Assembly: GCA_965198235.1 (NCBI GenBank)
Contig: OZ240248.1
Span: 1,344,001-1,408,000 of the forward strand
Length of the DNA: 64,000 bases
DNA from: Candidatus Poribacteria bacterium
GTDB taxonomy: Bacteria > Poribacteria > WGA-4E > WGA-3G
Reading direction: 5' to 3'
Made by a program: the position numbers and the translations under genes. This document shows, in pieces, positions 20,346 through 29,792 of this stretch; position 1 is the first letter of the stretch, and every line of letters begins with the position of its first letter. The notes under the pieces were generated by a model. The model saw only the letters and a program-made list of their open reading frames with translations, was not told where the DNA came from and did no database searches.

Positions 20346-20592
20346 TGTGCAAAAGGTTAGGTTCAAATGAGGAATGGGTTACAATCCCTGGATCCGTTCT
20401 TATTTGTACATAGACGGAGGCAAGACATGAAAAAGATTACTTTTCCATTTTTTCCCTTCCGTGAGGTTTTAGGTTTAAGTTTAAAATTTTATTCCATAAG
20501 AACAAGGAGATTAAACGAATGTTGTCAAAGAAAATGGCATTTTCGTTAACAAGTCTAATAACAATTTTTGCGCTTGCCTTCGTGGTGCCTTC
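20346..20592 (+). repeat. Right arm of ~250-bp inverted repeat (leader + signal-peptide codons of C)
   Basis: tgtgcaaaaggttaggttcaaatgagg...aaggagattaaacgaATGttgtcaaagaaaatggcattttcgttaa matches 18556-18308 reversed. Confidence 0.95.
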
Positions 20593-23500
20593 CGCAATGG
20601 CAGTGGATTTTGAGGTCACGATTGAGGGGCAGCGAGTGGTGACTTATCCAACAGGTCAAGAAGCCACAGCGCTTGATCCTATTCTACTGACAGTTACGTC
20701 CGAAGAGGCTCTTCCTGACCCTCTTATGGTAGGGGAGGATACCGATGAAAATGGTCTTACTGATCACGCAAATGATATCCTCGGAAACATAACTGTCACC
20801 ACTCGTGATGAAAGGGGTTTCGAAAAAGTTTTCATTACTGTTGAATCAGGTGATGATGCTCATAGTAGTATTGCTACAGGTGTTACAGTAGTAGACGACC
20901 CTGTAGATACTTTTGCTGATAGATCAGTGAAACTGCGTCAGTTACGTGTTACCATCACACCGGGTGCAGCTCCCACAACCCTCGAGCGGGTCACGATAAC
21001 AATACCTGCCTTTGAGACGCCTGATGTTCGTGTCGATGATCTTCACGATTGGAGCCTCGGGGCGTCACACACGATCCTCGTTAGAGATGTAGCGGATGTT
21101 GAGCTTGATGAGGATGACGCACAAGTGGTATCAATCCAGCGGTTGCGTCCGGGGAGCCAAACGGCAGTTGCGGCCTTCCAAGATCAGGAAATTAGTCCCG
21201 ATCCTTTTGATATTCGGGTCGTGCTCACCGAGTCGCGTTTTAACCGGATAGATTATATTGAGAAGACCCCGGATGAGCTTGCGGAGGAACTCATTGAGGT
21301 TGACGGCGGGGAAGTCAGTGACTTGAGAAGAGGTGTCCCTTTTGAAATTCGCAGAGTAACTGCTGCTACAGAATCTACGACTTTCAAACCGCATCCGAAT
21401 GAGGGGAGGTACGAGAATACTGGTATAGATGATGCACTCCCAGGACTGGAACCTATGGAGACTGTCCCGGAGCCCACGGGTCTTGATAATATGTATCATG
21501 AGTACCGTGTGACGGTTACGCCCCAGAGACGGCAAGGTCCTTACACCTTGACGCTCAGCGTGAAGGGATTCGGGAGTTATGCCCCGTTTCTCATAGGTGA
21601 AAAACCCAACGGTCGTGAGCAACTCAGGGTTCCCGTAAGGATGGATCCGAGAGACCGCACGGCTGGCATTCGGATAATTGTGGGGCACGATATCGTCGTT
21701 CCTAAAAATGGCTACTTGATCATCGCGACGGACTGGTGGCAGTCTCAAATCGTAATACCGCGGGGTAGGATAGACAAATCACCGAGGGCGATTGACCGGC
21801 AACCCGCTCAAATGATTTACAACCTTATCGACCACGGCGGTCTCCCGAACCTCGCAACCCAATTCTACAACGGTGTTGTGATTGATGTAGAGAGTTCAAA
21901 CGACTTGGTTATCTCTGAGGTGATGTGGGGTGAAGATGCAAGTTTGACTGAACCTGCACGCAGCCAATGGATCGAGTTGTATAACCCTGGTGATGAATTT
22001 AAGACGCCAGAGGATGATGCGGCTACGTATGACATTGATGAACGCCTCACGCTCGTTATCTATAGAGCGAACGAGTTCAGTGATATTCCGGCAAAGGTGG
22101 CAGTAGCGGCAACGGCGACTGCGCCCGCTACTATGGCATTGCCAGATAGAGTTACCGATCGGATCGGAACGCTCGATGCGACTGGGAAATACTGGTCACC
22201 CGCAACCAAAGGTCAAAGCGGTCGGAGCGGTCTTCCTATCGAGAGATTTGGAGAACTCGTAGACGTCGAAGTCATACCGACTATTGGGACAGGAGATGTT
22301 ACGCCCATCGTTTCGATGTATCGGGTGATGGAACCAGATACCTCAACAGATGCGGCAATCGGTGCGATGAAACCTGTCGACGGTCAAATGGCCGCGAGTT
22401 GGATGTCCTCTCAGCAGCCAAGGTCTGCGAACTTTCGTCCGCATGCGATTGGTCTCCGACACGGCACACCGGGTGCGACAACGGATGCTACCGATACACC
22501 GGCAGATACCGAAGCTGAAGCAAAAGCTAAAGCGGATAAGGAAAAAGCCGATGCGGATAAGATCGCCGGCACTGGGACGATTCCGAAAGCGGGTCAAATC
22601 TACATCAGCGAAGTTATGTTCGCTGGCGGTGGCACACTGCCGCAGTGGATTGAGATCGCCAACGGTTCTCGGGCAGAAGAAGTCAACCTGAGCGGTTGGA
22701 CGATTACGGTGGATAACGCCGCTGCGGATGCCGATGTGAGTATCGGTGCTTCAGCGACGTTCACGATCCCCAAAGGCACGACGATCGATATGAGTGGTCA
22801 GGACGATACACCCTCAACGATACTCGTTGTCACTGAAAAGGGACGTAACAGCTTTAGTGGTCCGAAAGCAGCGAGTCAGGTCATTGTCCTGGATGAACCG
22901 GGCTCAATGACTGAAATCGACCTGATTCTGGCAGGTGTTACGAAGGGCAAATACACATTGCTCAGCGGCATGGCGTTCCAGATAACGCTCGCACCGCCGG
23001 AACCAGAGGTGGATGAAACGGCAGCTGAGAAGACAGCGCGGTTAACCGCTGAGAAGGCTGAAACGGTAGCTGCGAAGACAACACGGCAAGCCGCTGAAGC
23101 GAGAGCCGCAGCGGAACGTAAAAGGGCAACGGATACGGTCGGTAACCTCGGTGCTGACGGTGCTGCTGCATGGGTATTGCCGATGAGCGAGGAAGGCGGT
23201 CGTAGTTCGATTATCCGCAGACACGTTCAGGTCGCTCGAGGTCCCTCAGCACCCGAAGACGGCACGATGATGGACAATTGGGTGCTTGCATCCGATACGA
23301 GTTTCGCACAAGTCACGCATATTCGTGCGCAGAGCTTCTACGGTGCGGCGAACGATGTCGGCACCCCCGGATTCCGTCCTGGTGGTGCATTGCCTGTAGA
23401 ACTTTCACACTTCCGTCCTGCGCGTGATAAGGCGACTGGCGCAGTGATGATTACATGGTCGACCCAATCAGAGTTGAACAACGCTGGATTCTTTATCAAG

Positions 23501-23761
23501 CGGAGTAATCAACCTGACAGCGAGTTCAAAATCATCAACGCGGCAATGATTCCTGGCGCAGGCACAATCAGTGAGAAGCAGTTCTATACATTTACGGATA
23601 CAACTGCGCAACCCAACGTCGTATACTACTACCAGATTGAAGATGTATCTCTTGACGGAAACCGTCAACAATTGACCCGTGGCATCCGCCTGAAAGGGCA
23701 TGTGAGTGTCGCTGGGAAAGCCACGCTGACGTGGGGAGAATTGAAGACGTCTCATGAGTAG
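20519..23761 (+). CDS. Secreted lamin-tail-like-domain surface protein, paralogue C (1080 aa)
   Basis: Same signal peptide and C-terminal ~150 aa as B; divergent N-terminal half; two LTD-like modules. Confidence 0.85.
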   Translation: MLSKKMAFSLTSLITIFALAFVVPSAMAVDFEVTIEGQRVVTYPTGQEATALDPILLTVTSEEALPDPLMVGEDTDENGLTDHANDILGNITVTTRDERGFEKVFITVESGDDAHSSIATGVTVVDDPVDTFADRSVKLRQLRVTITPGAAPTTLERVTITIPAFETPDVRVDDLHDWSLGASHTILVRDVADVELDEDDAQVVSIQRLRPGSQTAVAAFQDQEISPDPFDIRVVLTESRFNRIDYIEKTPDELAEELIEVDGGEVSDLRRGVPFEIRRVTAATESTTFKPHPNEGRYENTGIDDALPGLEPMETVPEPTGLDNMYHEYRVTVTPQRRQGPYTLTLSVKGFGSYAPFLIGEKPNGREQLRVPVRMDPRDRTAGIRIIVGHDIVVPKNGYLIIATDWWQSQIVIPRGRIDKSPRAIDRQPAQMIYNLIDHGGLPNLATQFYNGVVIDVESSNDLVISEVMWGEDASLTEPARSQWIELYNPGDEFKTPEDDAATYDIDERLTLVIYRANEFSDIPAKVAVAATATAPATMALPDRVTDRIGTLDATGKYWSPATKGQSGRSGLPIERFGELVDVEVIPTIGTGDVTPIVSMYRVMEPDTSTDAAIGAMKPVDGQMAASWMSSQQPRSANFRPHAIGLRHGTPGATTDATDTPADTEAEAKAKADKEKADADKIAGTGTIPKAGQIYISEVMFAGGGTLPQWIEIANGSRAEEVNLSGWTITVDNAAADADVSIGASATFTIPKGTTIDMSGQDDTPSTILVVTEKGRNSFSGPKAASQVIVLDEPGSMTEIDLILAGVTKGKYTLLSGMAFQITLAPPEPEVDETAAEKTARLTAEKAETVAAKTTRQAAEARAAAERKRATDTVGNLGADGAAAWVLPMSEEGGRSSIIRRHVQVARGPSAPEDGTMMDNWVLASDTSFAQVTHIRAQSFYGAANDVGTPGFRPGGALPVELSHFRPARDKATGAVMITWSTQSELNNAGFFIKRSNQPDSEFKIINAAMIPGAGTISEKQFYTFTDTTAQPNVVYYYQIEDVSLDGNRQQLTRGIRLKGHVSVAGKATLTWGELKTSHE

Positions 23762-23819
23762 TAGCAACAACAAGGTTATTTCAGGGATAAAATTTGTTTG
23801 AACTAACCTTAACCACAAG

Positions 23820-23858
23820 ACAGGGTAGTGTGCTACGGTGCATTGCCCTGTTTTGTTT
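23820..23858 (+). terminator. Rho-independent terminator of paralogue C
   Basis: acagggtagtgtgc-tacg-gtgcattgccctgt + tttgttt; homologous to the terminator of B. Confidence 0.8.
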
Positions 23859-24383
23859 ACAGACAACTCTATAAAAACGTTCATTGTTCGCGAAATATCG
23901 TAGTGCAACCTTTGTGAACACTAAAAAAAATTAATTCGGTGATGTGGGGTGTAAATCGTCTGAAGTCGGATTCATTGTGATTTAGAGATATACCCAATCA
24001 CAAAAATCACTGAATCATAAGAATCATAGTTCTGACAATTGCCCACAACCGCCCCTATTTCAAAATCACCAATAGCACACTATAGATTAAATCGGCAATT
24101 TGGCGCGGTTAGGACACCTCAACATAACGGGCTACATCCGCTCCGTTCGGACAGGAAATGCTGAGCTCCCACCCCACAGCAGGGGACTGTAGAACAAGAT
24201 CAAGGTAAACGCATCTTTTTTCAATATAAAGGCTGTCGGCAGTCAGGGCGTTCGCTGACGCTCACTTTCAGCAATCGGAAACCTTCAGTTAGCGTTCTGA
24301 TGGAAACCGATGGAAACCGACATCCAAAATTCTGACGGCTGACGGCTGATAGCCGACGGCTATAAATTGAGGTATATTTTTTC

Positions 24384-27300
24384 ATGAACACTTTAACCAC
24401 ACGACAAATTGTCCTTGGACTGCTGATGACGCTCGTGCTGGCGTTCAGCGTGCCGGGTATTGTAGACGCACAGAGCGTGTCGGTCAGCGGTGATGGGTCT
24501 ACTACGAGTACAAGTAGTGGAACTACAGTTATAACGGATTACCGAACTACGCCCGCCGTGGAGCGCTCTTTCACTATTACAGTAAGTAAAGCGGAAAATG
24601 GTGAAGTTATTACTATCAGAGGTAGTTCTGATGTTACTATCAACGAGATAAAGAAAGAAGATAAGTTAACTAACGAGACGGGAAGTGTTACTGGCGAGGG
24701 ATCAGGGGTGGTTACCATTACTGTTAATGCACCTAATGTTGGTGCTGACCGAGATCTCAATGGTGATAATGATAAAAACGATATAGTCACCTCTTTCTTG
24801 GAGAGTAATTTAGATGAGGATCTCAATAATGATGGTGACAAAGTTGATACATTCGGCTCAATCTCGGAGAGTGATTTAAATGCGGATCTCAATGGTGATG
24901 GTGACCAAACTGATACACTCAGTTCGGTAAAGGAATATCTAGAAGACCCAAACTGGGAGTCGGGATCTGTCACGATCACGGTGGATTACACTGTCACTGA
25001 ATTCGGGAGATATACGGTGACGGTGACAGCTAATGAAATTGATACCGATATATCGGGTTCTCCGATCACGGCTTACGTTGTCCGAAGCGACACCCTTGCG
25101 AGGGGTACCAGCATTGCTACGGGGTCAACCACAACTCCTGTGTTAAGAACAAGTAGTGTTAGTTTCACGATAGCTCCAGCTACTCAGTGGACCCGAGTGG
25201 ATTTGAAGGTCACCGGTGGGAAACTCTATTTGGACAGTGGTCGGTATTTGAGTAGTAACAAACTCTTTGACGTTACGCAAAGGAAAGAGTTCACCAGCCT
25301 TTCCATGTTTACAGGCGCGGGTGGTTCTCTCACCGTGAACCTTATACAAGATAGCGGGAAGGTTGCTAAAATTACTGCGACAATTCCGGGTTCCAACGCA
25401 CGAGGAAAAACGTATACCGTTACCTCTTTCGCCAGTGCCATTACAGTAGAGCAGGTATCCGGCAATCATCAGTTCGGATACACGAACCAAGGGGCAAACT
25501 ACGGCTCTTGGGAAAAGCTGCAAAATGCGCTTGTTGTTCGCGTAGTAGATGGACACCAAACTAACAACAACGTTGAGGGACAATGGGTTACGTTTACTAC
25601 GACTGGCACATCACGTTTGCGAGCTACCTCCCGCGCCAACCTCTGGCCTGGTGCCGATGGTACTATAACTGCTGCAGATGATAACCAGAGCCCCTTAACA
25701 GTGAAGACGGATGGCAGCGGCAGGGCGCAGGTTTACTTGCTACCAGGGACTACCCCTGCTACTTATACAGTAACCTACGCCGTGGTGTCTCAAGAGTCTC
25801 CTACGGCGTTGGGGACGGCTCTTACCGGAGCTGCTGCAAGTAGTCAGAGTCGAGGTGCCATTAATGAACAGTTCACGGCGACTGCAATTCTGGATCCTGG
25901 TGATACTCGCGAGCATGTAATTAATAGAAGTGAGTCTACGCCAACACCTGAAATACGTCGTGCCCAAGGCGACACAGAGATGATAGTCGATGTTGAAAAC
26001 AGTGGTGGAACTGATGCGCAGAATGTTCAAGTCGATTTTTCAGTCTCCGGTGGACGGCTCACGCTGACGCCGGGCTCGAACTATCAGACCTCGCTCTCCA
26101 CGGTCACCGATAGTGGGGGCGATGCCAGGGTTTGGGTCCAAGCAACTGGTAATTCTGTTGCCATAGTTACGGCTCGGATCGCTGGGAACAATGAAGATGC
26201 TGGAAGATATGTTGTTACCTTTCTCCGCACTGGTGCTTACATCGAGTATGTGTCGGGTGATGACCAGGACGGTGCTATCGGTGGAAGACTGGAAAATCCC
26301 CTTGTCGTTAAAGTGTTAGATGGCAGAGGCGGTAGTGCTATGCCGAACCAGATCGTTAGGTTTAATGTGACTGCCGATGATACCAATGACCATAATAGTA
26401 ACCGACGACAGTTTATTCCGGTCCCTGACACATACGTGTTTGTGACAGCAGCTAATACGGATATATTCGACGAGATTGGGGCTGACATGCCAGACGCTAC
26501 GAGTGTCCCACGTTTAGCTAACGCACTCCGACCCATTCGTGGGAGTAATGGCACTGGCCAGAACATCTTTATCCAAACCGATTCCAATGGCGAGGCTAAA
26601 GTTTACCTCCGATTAGGGAGTGCGGATGATACGGGTACCTCCGACACAGTGGAAACGGTGGATGCCGCGAGATTTAATGCCTTCAAAGTCCACCGGGTCA
26701 CGGCTACAACGCCAGATGGGGCTCCCAATGTGGGGGTCCGTTTTAGAGCCGATGCCGTGGATGATGCAAGACAAGCGAAGTTAGAGATTGTCTCAGGGGA
26801 TAGGCAGAGTGCCGAAAAAGGCGATCCTCTTGCGGATCCCTTGGTTGTTCGGGTGCGAACTGTGCGGGGATTTCTGATCCAAGGCATACTCCTGGAGTTC
26901 ACTGCCCTCGATGGTACCCTTCTCACGGATCCTGACCACGATACCGTCCTTGTTTCTGAGAGCGGAGGTGGTAACCAAATACGGGTCAGAACAGGTCCTG
27001 ACGGTGAAGCCCGGGTTGACTACAATGTGGGTCAACTGAGAATTGCGAGGGATGTCACAGTAGAGGTTGTAGAGGAACAAGGTACCCTTCAATACGACTT
27101 CGCGATTGATGAGGTAAGATTTGGTGTCAACGGTGGGCAAGGCACTGGCACAGGTGGAGGCACACGTCAACCGCCACCGCCACGAACGCCAACGAATACG
27201 ATCACGATTACGCTGTCGAGTAGGACGGGCGAGCCGGGTGACGAGATAGATGTTGAGGTTGATTCATCTCCGAGGGGTGTATTGGTCACTATAGACAGTG

Positions 27301-29591
27301 GCGAGCTCGATGACGACGATTTCTCGCGTCTCTCTAGAGGAACGCCTTTCACCAGTACCCTCTTACTTCCGGACGAAGAGGGGGAGTATACCTTCTCTGC
27401 CGAGCGTTCAGGTTTTGATTCAGACACAGCGACGGTTACGGTGGAATCCGAAACACAAGGCAGGATTTTGATTACGCGGAGCGGTAGCCCAACAGCAAAC
27501 AATATCCAAACGTTTAGCATTACCGTCCGAGGGACAGATGACGCTTTCATATCGGGTCCTTTGACGGTGAGGGTGACGGGTCCTGGAATCAATAGCAATG
27601 TACGAACCGCTAATGGCGCCGGTGCTGTAGATATTCCGCTACCGACCGCGTCAGGATTTCACACGTTCACTGCGAGGGCTGAGGGATATCTCTCAGGGAC
27701 GATTCAAGTGAGAGGAACCGGGACGGCACAGCAGGAAGCCACCGATGATGAAGAGGTAGAGGAGGAGGAAACGCCGACCGTCAGTGTGCCGGATAGTATC
27801 AGCATTGTCGGTCCATCCCAACGCAGTGGCACGGTGAACGCGGAACTCGAGGCGGCACTGATCGTCCAAGTCCTTGATGATGACGGTGATGCCGTTGAAG
27901 ATGCGATAGTCTATTTCCGTGTTGTCTCTGGACGGGGCAGGCTTTCGCAGCGTGGGAACGGACGAGCAATCGGAGTCGTGACCGATGATGACGGTTATGC
28001 ACGCGCCGCTCTCACCCCCACGGGTGATGGCACTATCACAGTCCGGGCAGAGGCTAGGGGTGTTACTCGAACCGTCGAGTTCACCATCAATACCGGTTCC
28101 GCACCTCCTACCACCAGAACTCCCGGCACAGGCGTTACGCCCAGCACGACAGTAAGTCCGGTTGTGCATGTCGGTGCTGCCAAGCGTCCGCCGATGTTAT
28201 GGGTAGACGGTGGCGCGATTTACGCACTTGTGGGTGCAAGCCCCGAAAGATTCGCACCGAGTGTTGATAACGCACTGAACATCGCAGTGAGTGGTGGTAA
28301 AGTCTACTGGACGGAGAAAACGGGTGAGAGTGGTGGCACGATCAACAGTGCGAACCTCAACGGGACAGGCGTTACCGAGCTGGCTTCGATCTTTGCTACC
28401 CCGATAGGGATCGCTGTTGACGCGGCGGGAAGTAAACTCTACTGGACGAACTCCGCTGGCAGAATCCAGAGTGCGAATCTCAACGGTTCCGGTATCCAAA
28501 ACGTGCTGCAAAACTTGGACAATCCGATGGATCTCGCCTTAGCGGGTGGCAATGTGTATTGGACACAAGGCAACGGCAGCGTCCGGTTTGTGAACCTCAG
28601 AGGTCAAAAAGTTGTTCGCAATATCTCCACAGGTTTGGATACCCCTGGAAGCCTCGTGATCGGTGGCGGGAAAGTCTACTGGACGGAGAAAACGGGTGAG
28701 AGTGGTGGCACGATCAACAGTGCGAACCTCAACAACACAGGTGCGACCCAGCTTGCCTCGATCCTTGCCGTTCCGATGGGCATTGCCGTTGACACTGCCC
28801 GGAGCAAACTCTACTGGACGAACTCGCGTGGTAGAGTTCAGAGTGCGAACCTTGACGGCAGCAAGATCCAGAACGTCGTTAGCGGTTTAGGGAGTCCGGG
28901 TGACATGGTGCTGAGCAACAGCATCGCAGCACCTGCGGCGACAACGACGACGACAACGACGAGGACCACGACAACCGCCTCCAAATATGATGTCAACGGA
29001 GACGGCTCCGTCGATAACGCGGACGCAAGTTTAGTCGCAGCCGCCATGAACACAAGCAACACCAGATACGATGTGAACGGGGACGGCACGGTCAACTTCC
29101 TTGACCTGCTCCTCGTCTTTGACAATCGTGATCCGGGTGCAGCGGGTGCGCCGACGATCGTTGGCATGAAGTTGAGTGCCGCTCAGATAGATCGCATTGA
29201 AGAACAGATCGATCTGTTGATCGCAACAGGTGATCGGTCACCGGCAGCGATGCGGACGCTGATTTATCTGCAGCAACTCCTCGTGATGGCACGTCCAGAG
29301 AAAACGCAGTTGCTCGCCAACTATCCGAATCCGTTCAACCCAGAAACCTGGATTCCTTATGAGTTGGCGACGGATACGCATGTGGAGATCACGATTTACA
29401 ACCCGCAAGGTGTTGTGATCCGGAGGTTGCAGCTGGGTCAGCAGTCGGCTGGCTACTACACGGATCGTGAGCGTGCGGCGTATTGGGATGGTCGGAATGC
29501 GCTTGGCGAACAGGTGGCGAGCGGTCTCTATTTCTACCAGTTTGAAACCGACGAAATGTCGTCAATGCGGAAAATGGTTATTTTGAAGTAG
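24384..29591 (+). CDS. Giant secreted adhesin-like protein: Ig-like (invasin-type) repeats, YWT/LDL-receptor class B-like propeller, dockerin-like and FlgD/T9SS-like C-terminal domain
   Basis: Signal peptide; repeated 'VSGD.Q...L..PLVV.V' and 'TDxxGxA.V'; KVYWTE/KLYWTN repeats; DVNGDGSVDNAD / DVNGDGTVNFLD; LLANYPNPFNPETWIPY..ASGLYFY..RKMVILK. Confidence 0.85.
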   Translation: MNTLTTRQIVLGLLMTLVLAFSVPGIVDAQSVSVSGDGSTTSTSSGTTVITDYRTTPAVERSFTITVSKAENGEVITIRGSSDVTINEIKKEDKLTNETGSVTGEGSGVVTITVNAPNVGADRDLNGDNDKNDIVTSFLESNLDEDLNNDGDKVDTFGSISESDLNADLNGDGDQTDTLSSVKEYLEDPNWESGSVTITVDYTVTEFGRYTVTVTANEIDTDISGSPITAYVVRSDTLARGTSIATGSTTTPVLRTSSVSFTIAPATQWTRVDLKVTGGKLYLDSGRYLSSNKLFDVTQRKEFTSLSMFTGAGGSLTVNLIQDSGKVAKITATIPGSNARGKTYTVTSFASAITVEQVSGNHQFGYTNQGANYGSWEKLQNALVVRVVDGHQTNNNVEGQWVTFTTTGTSRLRATSRANLWPGADGTITAADDNQSPLTVKTDGSGRAQVYLLPGTTPATYTVTYAVVSQESPTALGTALTGAAASSQSRGAINEQFTATAILDPGDTREHVINRSESTPTPEIRRAQGDTEMIVDVENSGGTDAQNVQVDFSVSGGRLTLTPGSNYQTSLSTVTDSGGDARVWVQATGNSVAIVTARIAGNNEDAGRYVVTFLRTGAYIEYVSGDDQDGAIGGRLENPLVVKVLDGRGGSAMPNQIVRFNVTADDTNDHNSNRRQFIPVPDTYVFVTAANTDIFDEIGADMPDATSVPRLANALRPIRGSNGTGQNIFIQTDSNGEAKVYLRLGSADDTGTSDTVETVDAARFNAFKVHRVTATTPDGAPNVGVRFRADAVDDARQAKLEIVSGDRQSAEKGDPLADPLVVRVRTVRGFLIQGILLEFTALDGTLLTDPDHDTVLVSESGGGNQIRVRTGPDGEARVDYNVGQLRIARDVTVEVVEEQGTLQYDFAIDEVRFGVNGGQGTGTGGGTRQPPPPRTPTNTITITLSSRTGEPGDEIDVEVDSSPRGVLVTIDSGELDDDDFSRLSRGTPFTSTLLLPDEEGEYTFSAERSGFDSDTATVTVESETQGRILITRSGSPTANNIQTFSITVRGTDDAFISGPLTVRVTGPGINSNVRTANGAGAVDIPLPTASGFHTFTARAEGYLSGTIQVRGTGTAQQEATDDEEVEEEETPTVSVPDSISIVGPSQRSGTVNAELEAALIVQVLDDDGDAVEDAIVYFRVVSGRGRLSQRGNGRAIGVVTDDDGYARAALTPTGDGTITVRAEARGVTRTVEFTINTGSAPPTTRTPGTGVTPSTTVSPVVHVGAAKRPPMLWVDGGAIYALVGASPERFAPSVDNALNIAVSGGKVYWTEKTGESGGTINSANLNGTGVTELASIFATPIGIAVDAAGSKLYWTNSAGRIQSANLNGSGIQNVLQNLDNPMDLALAGGNVYWTQGNGSVRFVNLRGQKVVRNISTGLDTPGSLVIGGGKVYWTEKTGESGGTINSANLNNTGATQLASILAVPMGIAVDTARSKLYWTNSRGRVQSANLDGSKIQNVVSGLGSPGDMVLSNSIAAPAATTTTTTTRTTTTASKYDVNGDGSVDNADASLVAAAMNTSNTRYDVNGDGTVNFLDLLLVFDNRDPGAAGAPTIVGMKLSAAQIDRIEEQIDLLIATGDRSPAAMRTLIYLQQLLVMARPEKTQLLANYPNPFNPETWIPYELATDTHVEITIYNPQGVVIRRLQLGQQSAGYYTDRERAAYWDGRNALGEQVASGLYFYQFETDEMSSMRKMVILK

Positions 29592-29601
29592 GGAAAGACA
29601 G

Positions 29602-29631
29602 AAAGGCGTGGTTTTCAGACCGCGCCTTTTT
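29602..29631 (+). terminator. Rho-independent terminator
   Basis: aaaggcgtggt-tttcag-accgcgccttt + tt. Confidence 0.7.
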
Positions 29632-29639
29632 CTATCCTA

Positions 29640-29792
29640 ACTCAAGTTGCTACTAACAGATTTTTCACATCCCAGTAAGGGTTTTTTAGTACCTTTCCTT
29701 ACCCCAGAGGGGTGATATGTCTATAGAAATAGCATATTTAAGCGACCGCACTCCAGCGGAGTGCTATGTCTACAATAGGTGGCAACTTGGGT
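29640..29792. mobile_element. 153-bp MITE (IS982-like ends)
   Basis: TIRs actcaagttgctac / gtggcaacttgggt; flanking 7-bp direct repeat TATCCTA. Confidence 0.85.

Noticed and set aside
12606-23761. Diversity-generating retroelement (TR/VR pair) among the paralogue 3' ends
   Set aside because: No reverse transcriptase in the window; the differences I inspected are largely synonymous and not confined to adenines
24100-24360. Riboswitch upstream of the giant adhesin
   Set aside because: No consensus that I recognise; partly ctgacgg-type short repeats; an Rfam scan is needed
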